A DNA stretch of 64,000 nucleotides from Desulfatiglandales bacterium (lineage in GTDB: Bacteria > Desulfobacterota > DSM-4660 > Desulfatiglandales > HGW-15). The stretch covers positions 1,792,001-1,856,000 of the forward strand of contig CAXXJJ010000001.1 of the NCBI GenBank assembly GCA_963667015.2, written 5' to 3'. Both the position numbers and the translations under genes were made by a program. The notes under the pieces are model-generated. The model made no database searches. It was not told the origin of the DNA and was given only the letters and a program-made list of their open reading frames with translations. This document shows, one piece after another, positions 47,723 through 57,941 of this stretch; within the stretch, counting starts at the first letter, position 1, and the number at the start of each line of letters is the position of its first letter.

Positions 47723-49897
47723 ATGATGGAGTCTACATATTCTTTTTTCGCCACTGCACCAAAGGGTGTGGAGCCTATACTGGTCGAAGAGCTTAAGGAT
47801 CTTGGAGCTGCAGATGTGAAACAGGCCAGGGCCGGAGCATCATTTGCAGGTGACCTGAAGCTTGGGTACAGGGTCTGTCTCTGGCTCAGAACGGCAAACA
47901 GGGTGTTTATCGTGATCGGCTCCTTTGAGGCAAATTCGGTAGAAGATCTGTATGACGGTATCCGGAACATCGACTGGTCGGATCATATGTCTCCGGAGAA
48001 TACCCTTGCGGTTGATTTCCACGAAAACCAGTCAATTATCAATCACACACATTTTGGTGCCCTGAAGGTCAAAGATGCCATTGTTGACCAGTTCAGAGAC
48101 AAATATTCAACACGACCTGCAATTGATACTAATCTGCCTGATATCCGCATTAACGTATTTATGAACCGAAAAAAGGTTACCGTGAGTCTTGATCTTTCAG
48201 GACTAAGCCTGCACAAACGCGGTTACCGCAGTGATAAAGGGCTGGCGCCTCTCAAGGAGAACCTGGCTGCAGCCATATTGATAAAATCCGGGTGGCCGGA
48301 AATCGCAAAGAACGGTGGTGCATTTACTGACCCTATGTGCGGTTCAGGGACACTGCCTATCGAGGCGGCAATGATAGCGGGTGATATGGCCCCGGGATTG
48401 TTGAGAGAATATTTCGGATTTCTTAAATGGCGCAGTCACCAGCCGGATGTATGGCAACTGCTGGTGGATGAGGCAGAGGAAAGAGAACTGCAGCGAAGAC
48501 CCGATATAGTGTCTGTTATCGGGTATGACCGTGATGCAGTGGCTATAAAAGATTCTATCGCCAATATGGAAAGGGCAGGGCTGCATGGACTTGTTCATTT
48601 TGAAAAGCGTGCACTTACCGAATTGATACCTCATCCCGGGACAGTGAATAATCCCGGCCTGCTGGTGGTAAATCCTCCATATGGTGAACGCCTGGGACAA
48701 TCCGATCAGTTAAATCAGCTGTACAGTCAGCTGGGAACAAGGCTTAAGTCATATTTCGGCGGCTGGAAGGCTGCTGTTTTTACGGGTAATCCGAAACTGG
48801 CCAGATCAATCAATATCAAACCTGCACAAAGCAACAGGTTTTTTAACGGCAGTATTCCATGCGATCTGATTGAATATCGTCTGAGCGCAGATTCAACAGA
48901 CGCACTGTTAAAATCTCCAGGGCTGGTTCATGATAAGGCTTCCGGTTATAAGCCTTCAGAAGAGATAAGGATGTTTGAGAACCGTGTTAAAAAAAATCTC
49001 AAGAGACTGAAATCATGGCGCACTCAAAATAAGATCGGTTGTTTCAGGGTATATGACAGGGATATTCCTGAATACGCTGTCGCGGTTGATGTTTATGATA
49101 AATGGATTCATGTCCAGGAATACAAGGCCCCTGACTCCGTTTCACCTGAGACTGCACTGAAACGTCTGAAGGATGTTGTTTATGTACTGCCTTCACTGTT
49201 TGATGTCCCTGTTGAAAATATTTTTCTCAAACAGCGTCAGAAGCAAAGGCATACTTCTCAGTATGAAAAGCAGAGAGACCTTTCCAAAACAGCGCTGGTA
49301 AATGAATCCGGGTTGAGGTTTGAAATTAACCTGGGTACTTACATTGATACAGGTCTCTTCCTGGATCACCGGCTGACGCGAGCAAAGATAGAGCGCATGG
49401 CAGCTGGAAAAAGGTTTCTTAACCTGTTTTCCTATACGGCCACGGCCACGGTTTACGCGTCCCGGGGAGGTGCAGTGTCCACCGTCTCGGTGGATAAATC
49501 CAACACCTATACCCGTTGGGCAAAAAAAAATATGTCCTTAAACGGGTTTGATCGGGGCAGGCATGTGTTTCACAGTGCAGATTGTATAGAGTGGATGAAA
49601 AAAGAAAAATCAAGGTATGATCTGATTTTTCTTGATCCTCCAACATTTTCAAATACCAAAAAGGCCGGATCAAGTTTTGATGTTCAAAAGGATCATGTCG
49701 AACTTATACTCTCGGCTGTAAACCTGCTGGCTGATGAAGGTACACTGATCTTCTCAAACAACTATCGCCAGTTTAAGATGGATCTGGACCGGCTGGGTCA
49801 TTTAAAGTTGGAAGATATCACTACGTCCACTATTTCTCCTGATTTTGAAAGAAATCCAAGGATACATAACTGCTGGCTGATAAGGCAGTACAGTTAA
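47723..49897 (+). CDS. rlmL: Bifunctional 23S rRNA methyltransferase RlmKL
   Basis: THUMP, SLHKRGYR, APLKENLAA, DPMCGSGT, NPPYGER, DTGLFLDHR, LNLFSYT, DPPTFSN. Confidence 0.96.
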   Translation: MMESTYSFFATAPKGVEPILVEELKDLGAADVKQARAGASFAGDLKLGYRVCLWLRTANRVFIVIGSFEANSVEDLYDGIRNIDWSDHMSPENTLAVDFHENQSIINHTHFGALKVKDAIVDQFRDKYSTRPAIDTNLPDIRINVFMNRKKVTVSLDLSGLSLHKRGYRSDKGLAPLKENLAAAILIKSGWPEIAKNGGAFTDPMCGSGTLPIEAAMIAGDMAPGLLREYFGFLKWRSHQPDVWQLLVDEAEERELQRRPDIVSVIGYDRDAVAIKDSIANMERAGLHGLVHFEKRALTELIPHPGTVNNPGLLVVNPPYGERLGQSDQLNQLYSQLGTRLKSYFGGWKAAVFTGNPKLARSINIKPAQSNRFFNGSIPCDLIEYRLSADSTDALLKSPGLVHDKASGYKPSEEIRMFENRVKKNLKRLKSWRTQNKIGCFRVYDRDIPEYAVAVDVYDKWIHVQEYKAPDSVSPETALKRLKDVVYVLPSLFDVPVENIFLKQRQKQRHTSQYEKQRDLSKTALVNESGLRFEINLGTYIDTGLFLDHRLTRAKIERMAAGKRFLNLFSYTATATVYASRGGAVSTVSVDKSNTYTRWAKKNMSLNGFDRGRHVFHSADCIEWMKKEKSRYDLIFLDPPTFSNTKKAGSSFDVQKDHVELILSAVNLLADEGTLIFSNNYRQFKMDLDRLGHLKLEDITTSTISPDFERNPRIHNCWLIRQYS

Positions 49898-49930
49898 GGA
49901 TACGGTTCTTCCCTTATGAGTTTCCTGTAA

Positions 49931-50170
49931 TTATTCCTCTTCCGGTTCAGCCCATATAATATGGTCTTTATTAATAATCAGAACCCTTTCTGAACCTTCT
50001 TCATGATCTGAATTGAGCAGGATAATAAATGGTTTCTCCGGTTTGGTGAACAGATCAGATAATCTCTCTTTGATACCTATATTTATTTTTCCCGCAAAGG
50101 TAGCGCCGTCTGTAGTCTTGACTGTAATATTTTTGTATTCTGTCTTGTATGCATCTTTACGTGCTTCCAT
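49931..50170 (-). CDS. Small conserved hypothetical protein (DUF6812-like)
   Basis: G.INI...RLSDLF...FIIL...LIINKDHIIWAEP; GGAGG RBS. Confidence 0.65.
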   Translation of the reverse strand: MEARKDAYKTEYKNITVKTTDGATFAGKINIGIKERLSDLFTKPEKPFIILLNSDHEEGSERVLIINKDHIIWAEPEEE

Positions 50171-50271
50171 TCTGTTGACCTCCTCTTTTAGGTGTTTATG
50201 AATATAAAAACATCCTCGGAAAACCGGTTTAATTATACAGTCTAAAAGGATATCCGTGAAAGAATGAGAAA

Positions 50272-51336
50272 TTATTTTGTTCTATTTATAATATTTACTG
50301 TCTCAGCAAAGACTTCATCTATATTTTTATTATTTATATCAATTATCCTGTCGTTCCCGCCCAGCGGACCAAACTTGTCAGGAGAAGTTTTATTGAATAG
50401 TGCAATAACATTGGTTTTTGCAGCTGAAGCAAGATGCATTGGGCCTGTGTCAGCAGAAATAAAAAAATCCAGTGCCGCCATAAAGGATGCCAGCTGCCTC
50501 AAATTTTTAAAAGAAATTGAAAATATTTCATCAGTAATTTTGTGAGATCCGGGTGCTATAATATCAACAAGAATATAGTTATGTCCCGCCTTTATCAACT
50601 CATTAATATATTCCAGCCAATAACTGTCAGCTATTCTTTTCTCATATCGGGCATCGCGAAAAATACCGATAATGATCTTATCATCAAACTTTGCTTCGCC
50701 GGTAAGCCGTTTCAATATTTCTTTTCCTTCGTTTTTCTCGTTATCGGACAATGAAATATCCAGGTATGGCTCAGGGGTAATTTTTTCTCCGGCAAACGCA
50801 TTCATCAGTGCCAGAGGAAATAAAGCCTCATGATTGTTATCAGGAAATTCAACAACAACGTTGGCAAAGCTGACTTTTTTCTCTTCCCGAAAACCTAATT
50901 TATATTCCGATTTAATCAGTGCCTGTGAAATATTACTGCTCCCCGAGCTTTTTGTCGGAGAGATTAACAGGTCATAGTTATTGCTGTTCAACTCTTTTAT
51001 CAGGGTATAAATCTTTAAGGGATTTTTTAATGACCTGGCATTGATGGAATATATTTTATTAACATTGGGCATCTGCCCTATTAAGGCGCTGAAATCAGCG
51101 CCCAGCAGCAGATCTATTTTTGCATTGGGTAATCTTTTTTCCAGGGCCTTTATTAAGGGCGTTAAAAATAAAATGTTGCCGATGCGATGGTTAAGCCTGG
51201 TGATAAGTATTCTGTTTATATGATCAGTTTTTATCTCATCGTTTTTCAGTTTTGTATTTATAATTTTACCTAATAAGGAATACAGCCCCCTGGACAGGAA
51301 ACGTCTGATTTTTGAATGCAAAGGCCTCTTTGCCAT
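50272..51336 (-). CDS. GT9 glycosyltransferase (ADP-heptose:LPS heptosyltransferase-like)
   Basis: RIGNILFLTP, FISADTGPMHLASA..T.VIALF. Confidence 0.88.
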   Translation of the reverse strand: MAKRPLHSKIRRFLSRGLYSLLGKIINTKLKNDEIKTDHINRILITRLNHRIGNILFLTPLIKALEKRLPNAKIDLLLGADFSALIGQMPNVNKIYSINARSLKNPLKIYTLIKELNSNNYDLLISPTKSSGSSNISQALIKSEYKLGFREEKKVSFANVVVEFPDNNHEALFPLALMNAFAGEKITPEPYLDISLSDNEKNEGKEILKRLTGEAKFDDKIIIGIFRDARYEKRIADSYWLEYINELIKAGHNYILVDIIAPGSHKITDEIFSISFKNLRQLASFMAALDFFISADTGPMHLASAAKTNVIALFNKTSPDKFGPLGGNDRIIDINNKNIDEVFAETVNIINRTK

Positions 51337-51548
51337 AAAACTCTCTTTCAAAAATACTTTTTAAAGAACAGCAAAGTGAAATGGAAACCGCAATAAACAA
51401 AACAACATAGAAACCGCTAAATGAAAAAATGAAATTATCAAAATTAAGAAAATTAGTCAAATAAGTAAAGAGGCAGGAGGTTTGTTGTCTCTTGACATAT
51501 CCAAGCATTGAAATAGAATAATCCAGCCAAAGATTATCACTGGTTTAT

Positions 51549-52241
51549 ATGTTAAAAGGATATCTTATGTTTGAAGATCTGACACTGGAAAATATTTCGA
51601 AAAGGCAAAAAGGTATTTTGCGGCAGCCGACAAGTACCCGTCCTATCATCTGGAGGGTTGAGGAAAATGGTGTAACGGCAATTGTAAAGGATTTTAGTTA
51701 TAACAGTTTCTGGTTCAGAAATATCTTTGGCCGTTTTCTTGTCTGGCGGGAAAAAAAGGCATATGGAAGGCTAAAAGGTTTTCCCGGGGCACCTGCTTTT
51801 TTTGGTTCAATAGGCGGAACCGCCCTGATAATTGAGGAAATTCAGGGAACCGATATCAGTACCATGGAGGTTGTTAAGACCCTTGATGAAAAATTTTTTA
51901 ATAAACTTAAAAAACTTATTGATAGTTTCCATGCCAGGGGGATTGTTCACTGTGACCTGAAAAGGTCTCCCAATATTATGATTGGCAATGACGGAAACCC
52001 ATATATTGTTGACTGGGCAGCATCGGTCTCAAAATCAGAGTTAAGGATTTTTCCATTGAATTTAATCTATGAAAGATTCGTTAAGGATGACCTGAATGCC
52101 ATTACTAAAATTAAATTGAAATACCGGCCTGAGAGTGTGAGCCCTGAAGAAAAACTTAGATATACCGAACGAAGCAGGGCAGAGAAGATAATAAGGGCAA
52201 TAAGGGATAGTCTCAGAAAAATTTTAAAAAAAGTTGCGTAA
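51549..52241 (+). CDS. LPS/Kdo/RIO-type kinase-like protein
   Basis: IVKDF, RE, HARGIVHCDLKRSPNIMI, VDWA. Confidence 0.75.
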   Translation: MLKGYLMFEDLTLENISKRQKGILRQPTSTRPIIWRVEENGVTAIVKDFSYNSFWFRNIFGRFLVWREKKAYGRLKGFPGAPAFFGSIGGTALIIEEIQGTDISTMEVVKTLDEKFFNKLKKLIDSFHARGIVHCDLKRSPNIMIGNDGNPYIVDWAASVSKSELRIFPLNLIYERFVKDDLNAITKIKLKYRPESVSPEEKLRYTERSRAEKIIRAIRDSLRKILKKVA

Positions 52242-52247
52242 ATAATT

Positions 52248-53288
52248 TTAATCAACCTTTCCAAACATCTTTATAATTTTAAGCCTTCTATGCCAGGGGA
52301 TCTTCCTTAAATCAGGCACAGGATGATTCCTGAGATATTCTTCTATTGTATCCACCATTCTTTTGGAAGACTGTCCATCTGTAAAAGGATGATAGTTTTC
52401 AATGATCCATTTTCTGTCAGCTTTAAACCTGTCGTACTTTAAAGATTCGTTCACCAGAAAACCCAATTGACCGGGATCTGAAAAATTTTCCCATCTAATA
52501 TTTTTTGAAAATGATTTAAATGTTATTACAGGTTTATCCAGCAGTAAAAATTCATACACAGCGGATGAAGTATCACTGATCATTAAATCTGACAGGATTA
52601 AATATTTTACAATATTATTATCATGGATAATTTCAACATTGGATTTTTCTCTGCTTAACCTTTCATACCCCGCAATCATTTCTTTATTCATAAGGTCATG
52701 AAACTTTATGAGCACCAGATTTTCTGAATCAGGCAGATCAAAAATATGATTCTTTAACGCCCCGGCGGATGTCAAAGATGGTGAAAATGTGGGGGCATAC
52801 AGGATGATCCTCTTTGCCTCGTATTTATTAAGCAGTTCCTGCTTTTCAGCCTGATAGCTGTTTTTTTGGGGGAATAACTGATCAAGTTTGGGCCAGCCTG
52901 TTTCAACAACTTCAAAATTATTATGTTTCCGGGCAGCTGCTTTAAAGCGTTCAGTAAAGTACGGCCCTTGAGTGAGGTATAAATCAAAATATTTACGAAT
53001 CTTGAAATGCCCTTTTTTTTCTCCTGCCAGACCATGAAAGATCTGAACTTTTACTCCCCTTAAATAGTGTGGTACTTCATTGCCTGGCACAAAGATAGCA
53101 TCATTTCTAAACTCATGAATTTCCTGAATACTGGATGTAAAGTCACAATCCTTTTTATAGGGGAACTTATCAATGATATCGCCCGGCATAAACCACTTTA
53201 CCTGATGATTTCTTTTTATCAGTTCATCATAAAGAGGTTTCATGATCCCAAATGCATAGGGCTTTTTACAAAAAAGAGTTGTTTTCAT
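52248..53288 (-). CDS. CDP-glycerol glycerophosphotransferase (TagB/TagF) family protein
   Basis: QIFHG, TGWPKLD, ILYAPTF, IKFH, ISDTSS..YEFLLLDKPVI. Confidence 0.85.
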   Translation of the reverse strand: MKTTLFCKKPYAFGIMKPLYDELIKRNHQVKWFMPGDIIDKFPYKKDCDFTSSIQEIHEFRNDAIFVPGNEVPHYLRGVKVQIFHGLAGEKKGHFKIRKYFDLYLTQGPYFTERFKAAARKHNNFEVVETGWPKLDQLFPQKNSYQAEKQELLNKYEAKRIILYAPTFSPSLTSAGALKNHIFDLPDSENLVLIKFHDLMNKEMIAGYERLSREKSNVEIIHDNNIVKYLILSDLMISDTSSAVYEFLLLDKPVITFKSFSKNIRWENFSDPGQLGFLVNESLKYDRFKADRKWIIENYHPFTDGQSSKRMVDTIEEYLRNHPVPDLRKIPWHRRLKIIKMFGKVD

Positions 53289-53293
53289 AGCAA

Positions 53294-53977
53294 CTAAAAC
53301 ATCCTGTTTACATTTTCCAGGTCTTCAAGAAAATCTACTTCCATGCATCTGAATTTTGAAATATCAACAGCATTAACCTTTATCTGGTCATGTTGAATGG
53401 CCATTTCTATGCCTTTTTCAAAATAATCGTTGTCATCACATTCCTCTAATCTTTTAATGAAAAAATTAATATCTTTTGATGAAATAAAATTGATTCCAAC
53501 TGCCTCACCCAATCCGTTTTTGACTGTTTTGGATATTTCTTTAATATATCCTTCTGAATCCAGGGTGTATTTTACTTCCTCTTCTCCAACTTCCTGGTCA
53601 TTGACAGAAACGAAAGACTCGTTTTTATTGATATAAGGAATCAATAAATCAAATACTCTCTTATCAAAAACCACATCACCGTTTAACCAGAGAACAGATT
53701 CAGTATGATATTTTTTAAGTGCTTTCAGCAGACTTTTGGAAGTATTAGTCTGATCAAATACCGGGTTGTATATGAATATCGCATCAGGCATGCTTTCCAT
53801 TATGAGATCCTTTTTAAAACCGACCACAATGTTTATGTCATCAAAATTAAAATATGAAGTCAGATTACAGATCTGCTGTTTCATGATAGTGTCACCGCTT
53901 TTTAACTGGGTAAGCGGTTTTGGTGAAGGGTTTCCAAGACGTGATCCGATACCGGCTGCTAATATAATAATTTTCAT
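53294..53977 (-). CDS. Phosphocholine cytidylyltransferase (LicC)-like NTP transferase
   Basis: ILAAGIGSRL...PKPL, YNP.F..TN, NGDVVF, EVDF.EDL. Confidence 0.85.
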   Translation of the reverse strand: MKIIILAAGIGSRLGNPSPKPLTQLKSGDTIMKQQICNLTSYFNFDDINIVVGFKKDLIMESMPDAIFIYNPVFDQTNTSKSLLKALKKYHTESVLWLNGDVVFDKRVFDLLIPYINKNESFVSVNDQEVGEEEVKYTLDSEGYIKEISKTVKNGLGEAVGINFISSKDINFFIKRLEECDDNDYFEKGIEMAIQHDQIKVNAVDISKFRCMEVDFLEDLENVNRMF

Positions 53978-54169
53978 AATTATTTACTCGATATTAAATT
54001 TTTCATTCTTTAACATGAAAACATTATCATTAACAATAATTTTGTTCCCTTAATCAGCTAATCGCAATGTGCTTAATGAATGAGTGTACCAAATATTCTT
54101 GCAACTGGTACAACAATAAAGTAGGTTCAAAAAATCCGTTTTAAAAGAAATTGGAACAGACAGATCAAT

Positions 54170-54850
54170 ATGGCCTCTATAATTACTCAAAAATATAAAT
54201 CCTATTCAATCGGATCATTATCAAAGTTAAATGATGCCCAGCTCGATAAACTGGCTAAGGTCTTTGATAAGCCCAATGCTGAGACAGAAGCCGTGCTTGG
54301 AGGAAGAGGTTCCGTAAAGAGAATCAACCTTGAAGGGATAGGTCCGGTTATAATCAAATATAATACCCGGGGCGGTTTAATAAGGTTATTTGTTGAAAGA
54401 ACATATATAAGGACAGGCAGGACATGCAACCGGATAGAGTTTGAACAGCTGATAAATGCCTCAAATTTTGGAGTGAATGTCCCTGAGCCGGTTGCCTTTG
54501 CAACAAAGGGCTTTCTTTTTTACAGGGGTTGGCTTGTTTTAAAAGAGATAAAGAAGAGCGAGACCCTTGCAGTGGTAAGTCTAAAGGATGAGGCCAGGAT
54601 AAGTCAGCTTATTGATAAAATAGCCGGACAGATTAACCTCCTTATAAATTCCGGATTGCATCATGTTGACCTGCATCCGGGGAATATTCTGGTCACGGAT
54701 GATGATCAGATATTCATAATTGATTTTCATAAGGCGCGTATGTTTAAAGGCAGTAAACAGAAACTGCTGAATAAATATTCTGCCCGCTGGAAGCGGGCAG
54801 TTAAAAAGCATGGGTTGCCTGAAGTTCTTAATGATATATTTAAGGTGTAA
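54170..54850 (+). CDS. Kdo kinase-like protein (KdkA/InaA family)
   Basis: LGGRG, IK.N.RGG, VPEPVA, HVDLHPGNIL, IDFHKA. Confidence 0.8.
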   Translation: MASIITQKYKSYSIGSLSKLNDAQLDKLAKVFDKPNAETEAVLGGRGSVKRINLEGIGPVIIKYNTRGGLIRLFVERTYIRTGRTCNRIEFEQLINASNFGVNVPEPVAFATKGFLFYRGWLVLKEIKKSETLAVVSLKDEARISQLIDKIAGQINLLINSGLHHVDLHPGNILVTDDDQIFIIDFHKARMFKGSKQKLLNKYSARWKRAVKKHGLPEVLNDIFKV

Positions 54851-54854
54851 ATTT

Positions 54855-57677
54855 TTACCTTTCAGGTCTTGCAGCAAACTCCCTGCCTGCCTTGAATAAA
54901 TCAATGGATTCTATGGAAGATTTTGTTTCATTCTTCATATCGTGCTGTTTTGCAAAGAGGAGTATATCCACTGTCTTTTCCTTTTCGGGATTCAGGGCAT
55001 CCGATAGAATCCTGGCTGTTTGATCCTTTGTGAGAGACTTCAATGCATCCAGGTTTTCCTGCAGCCGTTCAAAATCCCTGTCATATTCAAAAATTCTTCT
55101 GTCAAAGAGCATGCTCTTTTCAAGGATGCTTTTGGGCTTTTGCAGAAGCTCGGTGCGGACAGCCGCCTTAAACTCTTCGAATTTGTTATCAGGCAATGCC
55201 TCAAATTGTGATGGTAATTCACTGATAAAAGAATCAGCCCTCTCGCGAATATCATCAGCCGGATGACTTTCGGACTGGACAATAAAGAACATGTAGTAGT
55301 AGCCGTTATCCTCGGGAGCGGCTGCCGATACAATGTAACCAAGCTGCTGGTTTGTTCTCATCTCGGTATAAAAAGGCTGTGAAATAAATTTTTCAATGAT
55401 GCTGGATGCCATCCTTATCTCAGGTGTTTCTCTGCCCAGATAAACGGTTTTCCAGTAACAGGAATTGTTTGTTTCCAGTTTTTCTATATATGTGAGTGAC
55501 TCATTTTCTTTTTGAACAAGTATCCGCTGTTTGAATTCCTCTTCATTCTTCAGGGGTTCGGAATTTAAAAAAGACTTAAGGGTGCGTGAAAGTGATACAG
55601 CCTCATCCGCGGTTATATTTCCGTGTACCAGCCCCTCTATTTTTGATTTTTTAAAAAGGCTTCCTGCAAACTGATCCAGGTCCTTGAGGCTCAGGAGTTC
55701 ACTCTCCTTTATCTGGGAGTCGATGCTGAAATAGGTCTCCTTGCGAATCCTGCGGGATATATATCGTGCTATCTCCCAGGCCTGTCCCATCTTAAAGTTT
55801 TTCAGTCCTCGCAATATCCTGTCTTTAATGTATGAAAACTGCTGCTCTGAAAGCTCAAAGGAATTTAACCTTTTTCCAATCTCTTTTAACAGCATTTCTA
55901 TTGAAGCGGTATAGCCGCTTATAATAATAGTCAAGCCATCAAGGTCGGAAGAAAAATCATAGTCCAGCCCTGCCTCATGGGCTGCATATGCTATCTCATT
56001 CAGCTTCTCATTGACAGATGCCGCATAGAAGGACAGGCGGGTCATGTATGCAGGGTCAACAACTTTTTCAGGGTGTCTGATATGAAATATTATAGTAGCC
56101 TTTGGCCTTTTAAAGGTGACATCCTGCGCATACCACATCTCAATACCCGGTTCGTCAATGATGTTTACAGGACGCTCAGCCAGAAGATTTACAGTGTCTG
56201 GTAAAAACGGGTTCGGTGAAGGAAGCGAAAGCTCTTTAACCAGGGTGGGCTTTAATAAAGATTTATAAAAACTTCCCTTTTCGACATTGTAGGAATAGTT
56301 TGTTCCATAATAGGGTTCTATGCTGTCTGTCTCAAGTTCCTGTGCAGTCAGCATGCAGATCATATTATTCGGTACCAGATGATCAAGCACGGATTCTACA
56401 AGTTCCGGATCAAGGTTTTCATATATGTAATCAACCGTCTCCGCTATATCGATAGGATAGCGGTTCATGTTGCCGGCAAGCTGAGATGCCCGGTCTGCCC
56501 CCTCACCCTTGTTTTTATATGTAAAGTCAAGCTCCGCAATACGCTGAATCTCATTAAAGATATAGGCAGGGATTCCCTTTTCCCTCAGAAGGCGGATATA
56601 GCTGAAACAGTATTTGATCACATCTCGATAATGCTCCAGGCCCTTCTCGGTCAGCCTGATATTAACCGTAAAGCTTCCATAATCGGATGTTGTGTTGCCG
56701 CCTCCCGCGCTGAGTCCTGTAGCCAGTCCCTGGTTTTTAAGGAATGATAAAAGAGACCCCTCACCTTCATGCCCCATGCAGAATCCAATGAGCGTTTCAG
56801 GTTTTGTTTTGTAATGTTCAATGTAGCTTGGGGTGGCGAATGTCAGGGTTAATTCTCTGAGGTCTTTTACAGGCTGGCGTTTAATAAGCCTGAATCCTTT
56901 AACGCTTTCCAGGTAGTCCGGATCGTATTTTAATTTTTCCAGGTTATTATTCTTTACTGGGCTGAAATATTTTCTTGCCAGCGATTCAAGTTCATCCAGG
57001 CTCCTGCTGCCAAGAATAACCAGGCTCATCCTGTTGGCTGAATAATAGGTTTTGTAGAATTTAATAAATTCTTCCTGTTTTACACTCTTTAGTGTTTCAA
57101 GATCACCGGTCGCAAAATGATTTGCCGGATGGTCTTTTCTATAAAATTCCTTAAAGAGCTGATATTCGCGCCAGTCATCCTGCTGCAGGTTCTTCTGGTG
57201 TTCCGAATCCACTGCATTCATTTCTCTGTCACTGTATTCAGGAGAAAAGAGCGGAGAAATAAAAAACTGTGAAAACCGGTCCAGGGCACCTTCAAATGCG
57301 TCATGCTGTACCTCAAAGTGATAATTGGTGCGATCTTCCCCTGTGAATGCATTGGAATAACCGCCATGGCTGTCCAGGTACCCGGAAAAATCATCAACCT
57401 CGGTATATTTTTCATTTCCCAGAAAGAGCATATGCTCAAGAAAATGAGCAAGCCCCTGCCTGTCTTCAGGGTCCATCAATGATCCGACCTGAACTTCAAG
57501 GGCTGCAGCGGAAGTATTGAATTCCGGGTCTGATACAACCAGCACCTTTAATCCGTTATCAAGAATAAAATGACGTGAAACAGATTCATCATCGGGATGT
57601 TTGGTGAGGGTTTGAGCAAAGATCGCAGTCTGAAAGAAAATAAAACATACAGTAAATATAGTCAGTATCTTTTTCAT
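54855..57677 (-). CDS. Secreted M16A zinc peptidase (insulinase/pitrilysin family)
   Basis: Signal peptide, GLAHFLEHMLFLG (HxxEH), NAFT, AVDSEH, RTNQQLGY. Confidence 0.93.
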   Translation of the reverse strand: MKKILTIFTVCFIFFQTAIFAQTLTKHPDDESVSRHFILDNGLKVLVVSDPEFNTSAAALEVQVGSLMDPEDRQGLAHFLEHMLFLGNEKYTEVDDFSGYLDSHGGYSNAFTGEDRTNYHFEVQHDAFEGALDRFSQFFISPLFSPEYSDREMNAVDSEHQKNLQQDDWREYQLFKEFYRKDHPANHFATGDLETLKSVKQEEFIKFYKTYYSANRMSLVILGSRSLDELESLARKYFSPVKNNNLEKLKYDPDYLESVKGFRLIKRQPVKDLRELTLTFATPSYIEHYKTKPETLIGFCMGHEGEGSLLSFLKNQGLATGLSAGGGNTTSDYGSFTVNIRLTEKGLEHYRDVIKYCFSYIRLLREKGIPAYIFNEIQRIAELDFTYKNKGEGADRASQLAGNMNRYPIDIAETVDYIYENLDPELVESVLDHLVPNNMICMLTAQELETDSIEPYYGTNYSYNVEKGSFYKSLLKPTLVKELSLPSPNPFLPDTVNLLAERPVNIIDEPGIEMWYAQDVTFKRPKATIIFHIRHPEKVVDPAYMTRLSFYAASVNEKLNEIAYAAHEAGLDYDFSSDLDGLTIIISGYTASIEMLLKEIGKRLNSFELSEQQFSYIKDRILRGLKNFKMGQAWEIARYISRRIRKETYFSIDSQIKESELLSLKDLDQFAGSLFKKSKIEGLVHGNITADEAVSLSRTLKSFLNSEPLKNEEEFKQRILVQKENESLTYIEKLETNNSCYWKTVYLGRETPEIRMASSIIEKFISQPFYTEMRTNQQLGYIVSAAAPEDNGYYYMFFIVQSESHPADDIRERADSFISELPSQFEALPDNKFEEFKAAVRTELLQKPKSILEKSMLFDRRIFEYDRDFERLQENLDALKSLTKDQTARILSDALNPEKEKTVDILLFAKQHDMKNETKSSIESIDLFKAGREFAARPER

Positions 57678-57941
57678 AACTCATCCTGTCCATTAGTAAT
57701 TGTTGCTGAAGGTAATATCTGTAATGTAAAAACCGGTCTTTTCATATTTATTCCTTCTGAAAATGGGATATTAAATATGTTGTATCTCTTCTGTATCCCG
57801 CTTTATCATGCAAAGATAATCATAGTTTCATCCGGAGGCAAATACACCGCCCTTGATAAAAGAAAAAAAATAATATACTACTCTAATCTTGTCAAATAAC
57901 TTAGTTGAAGTTTAGTAAAAACAGCGGAGCAGAGCTTAATT

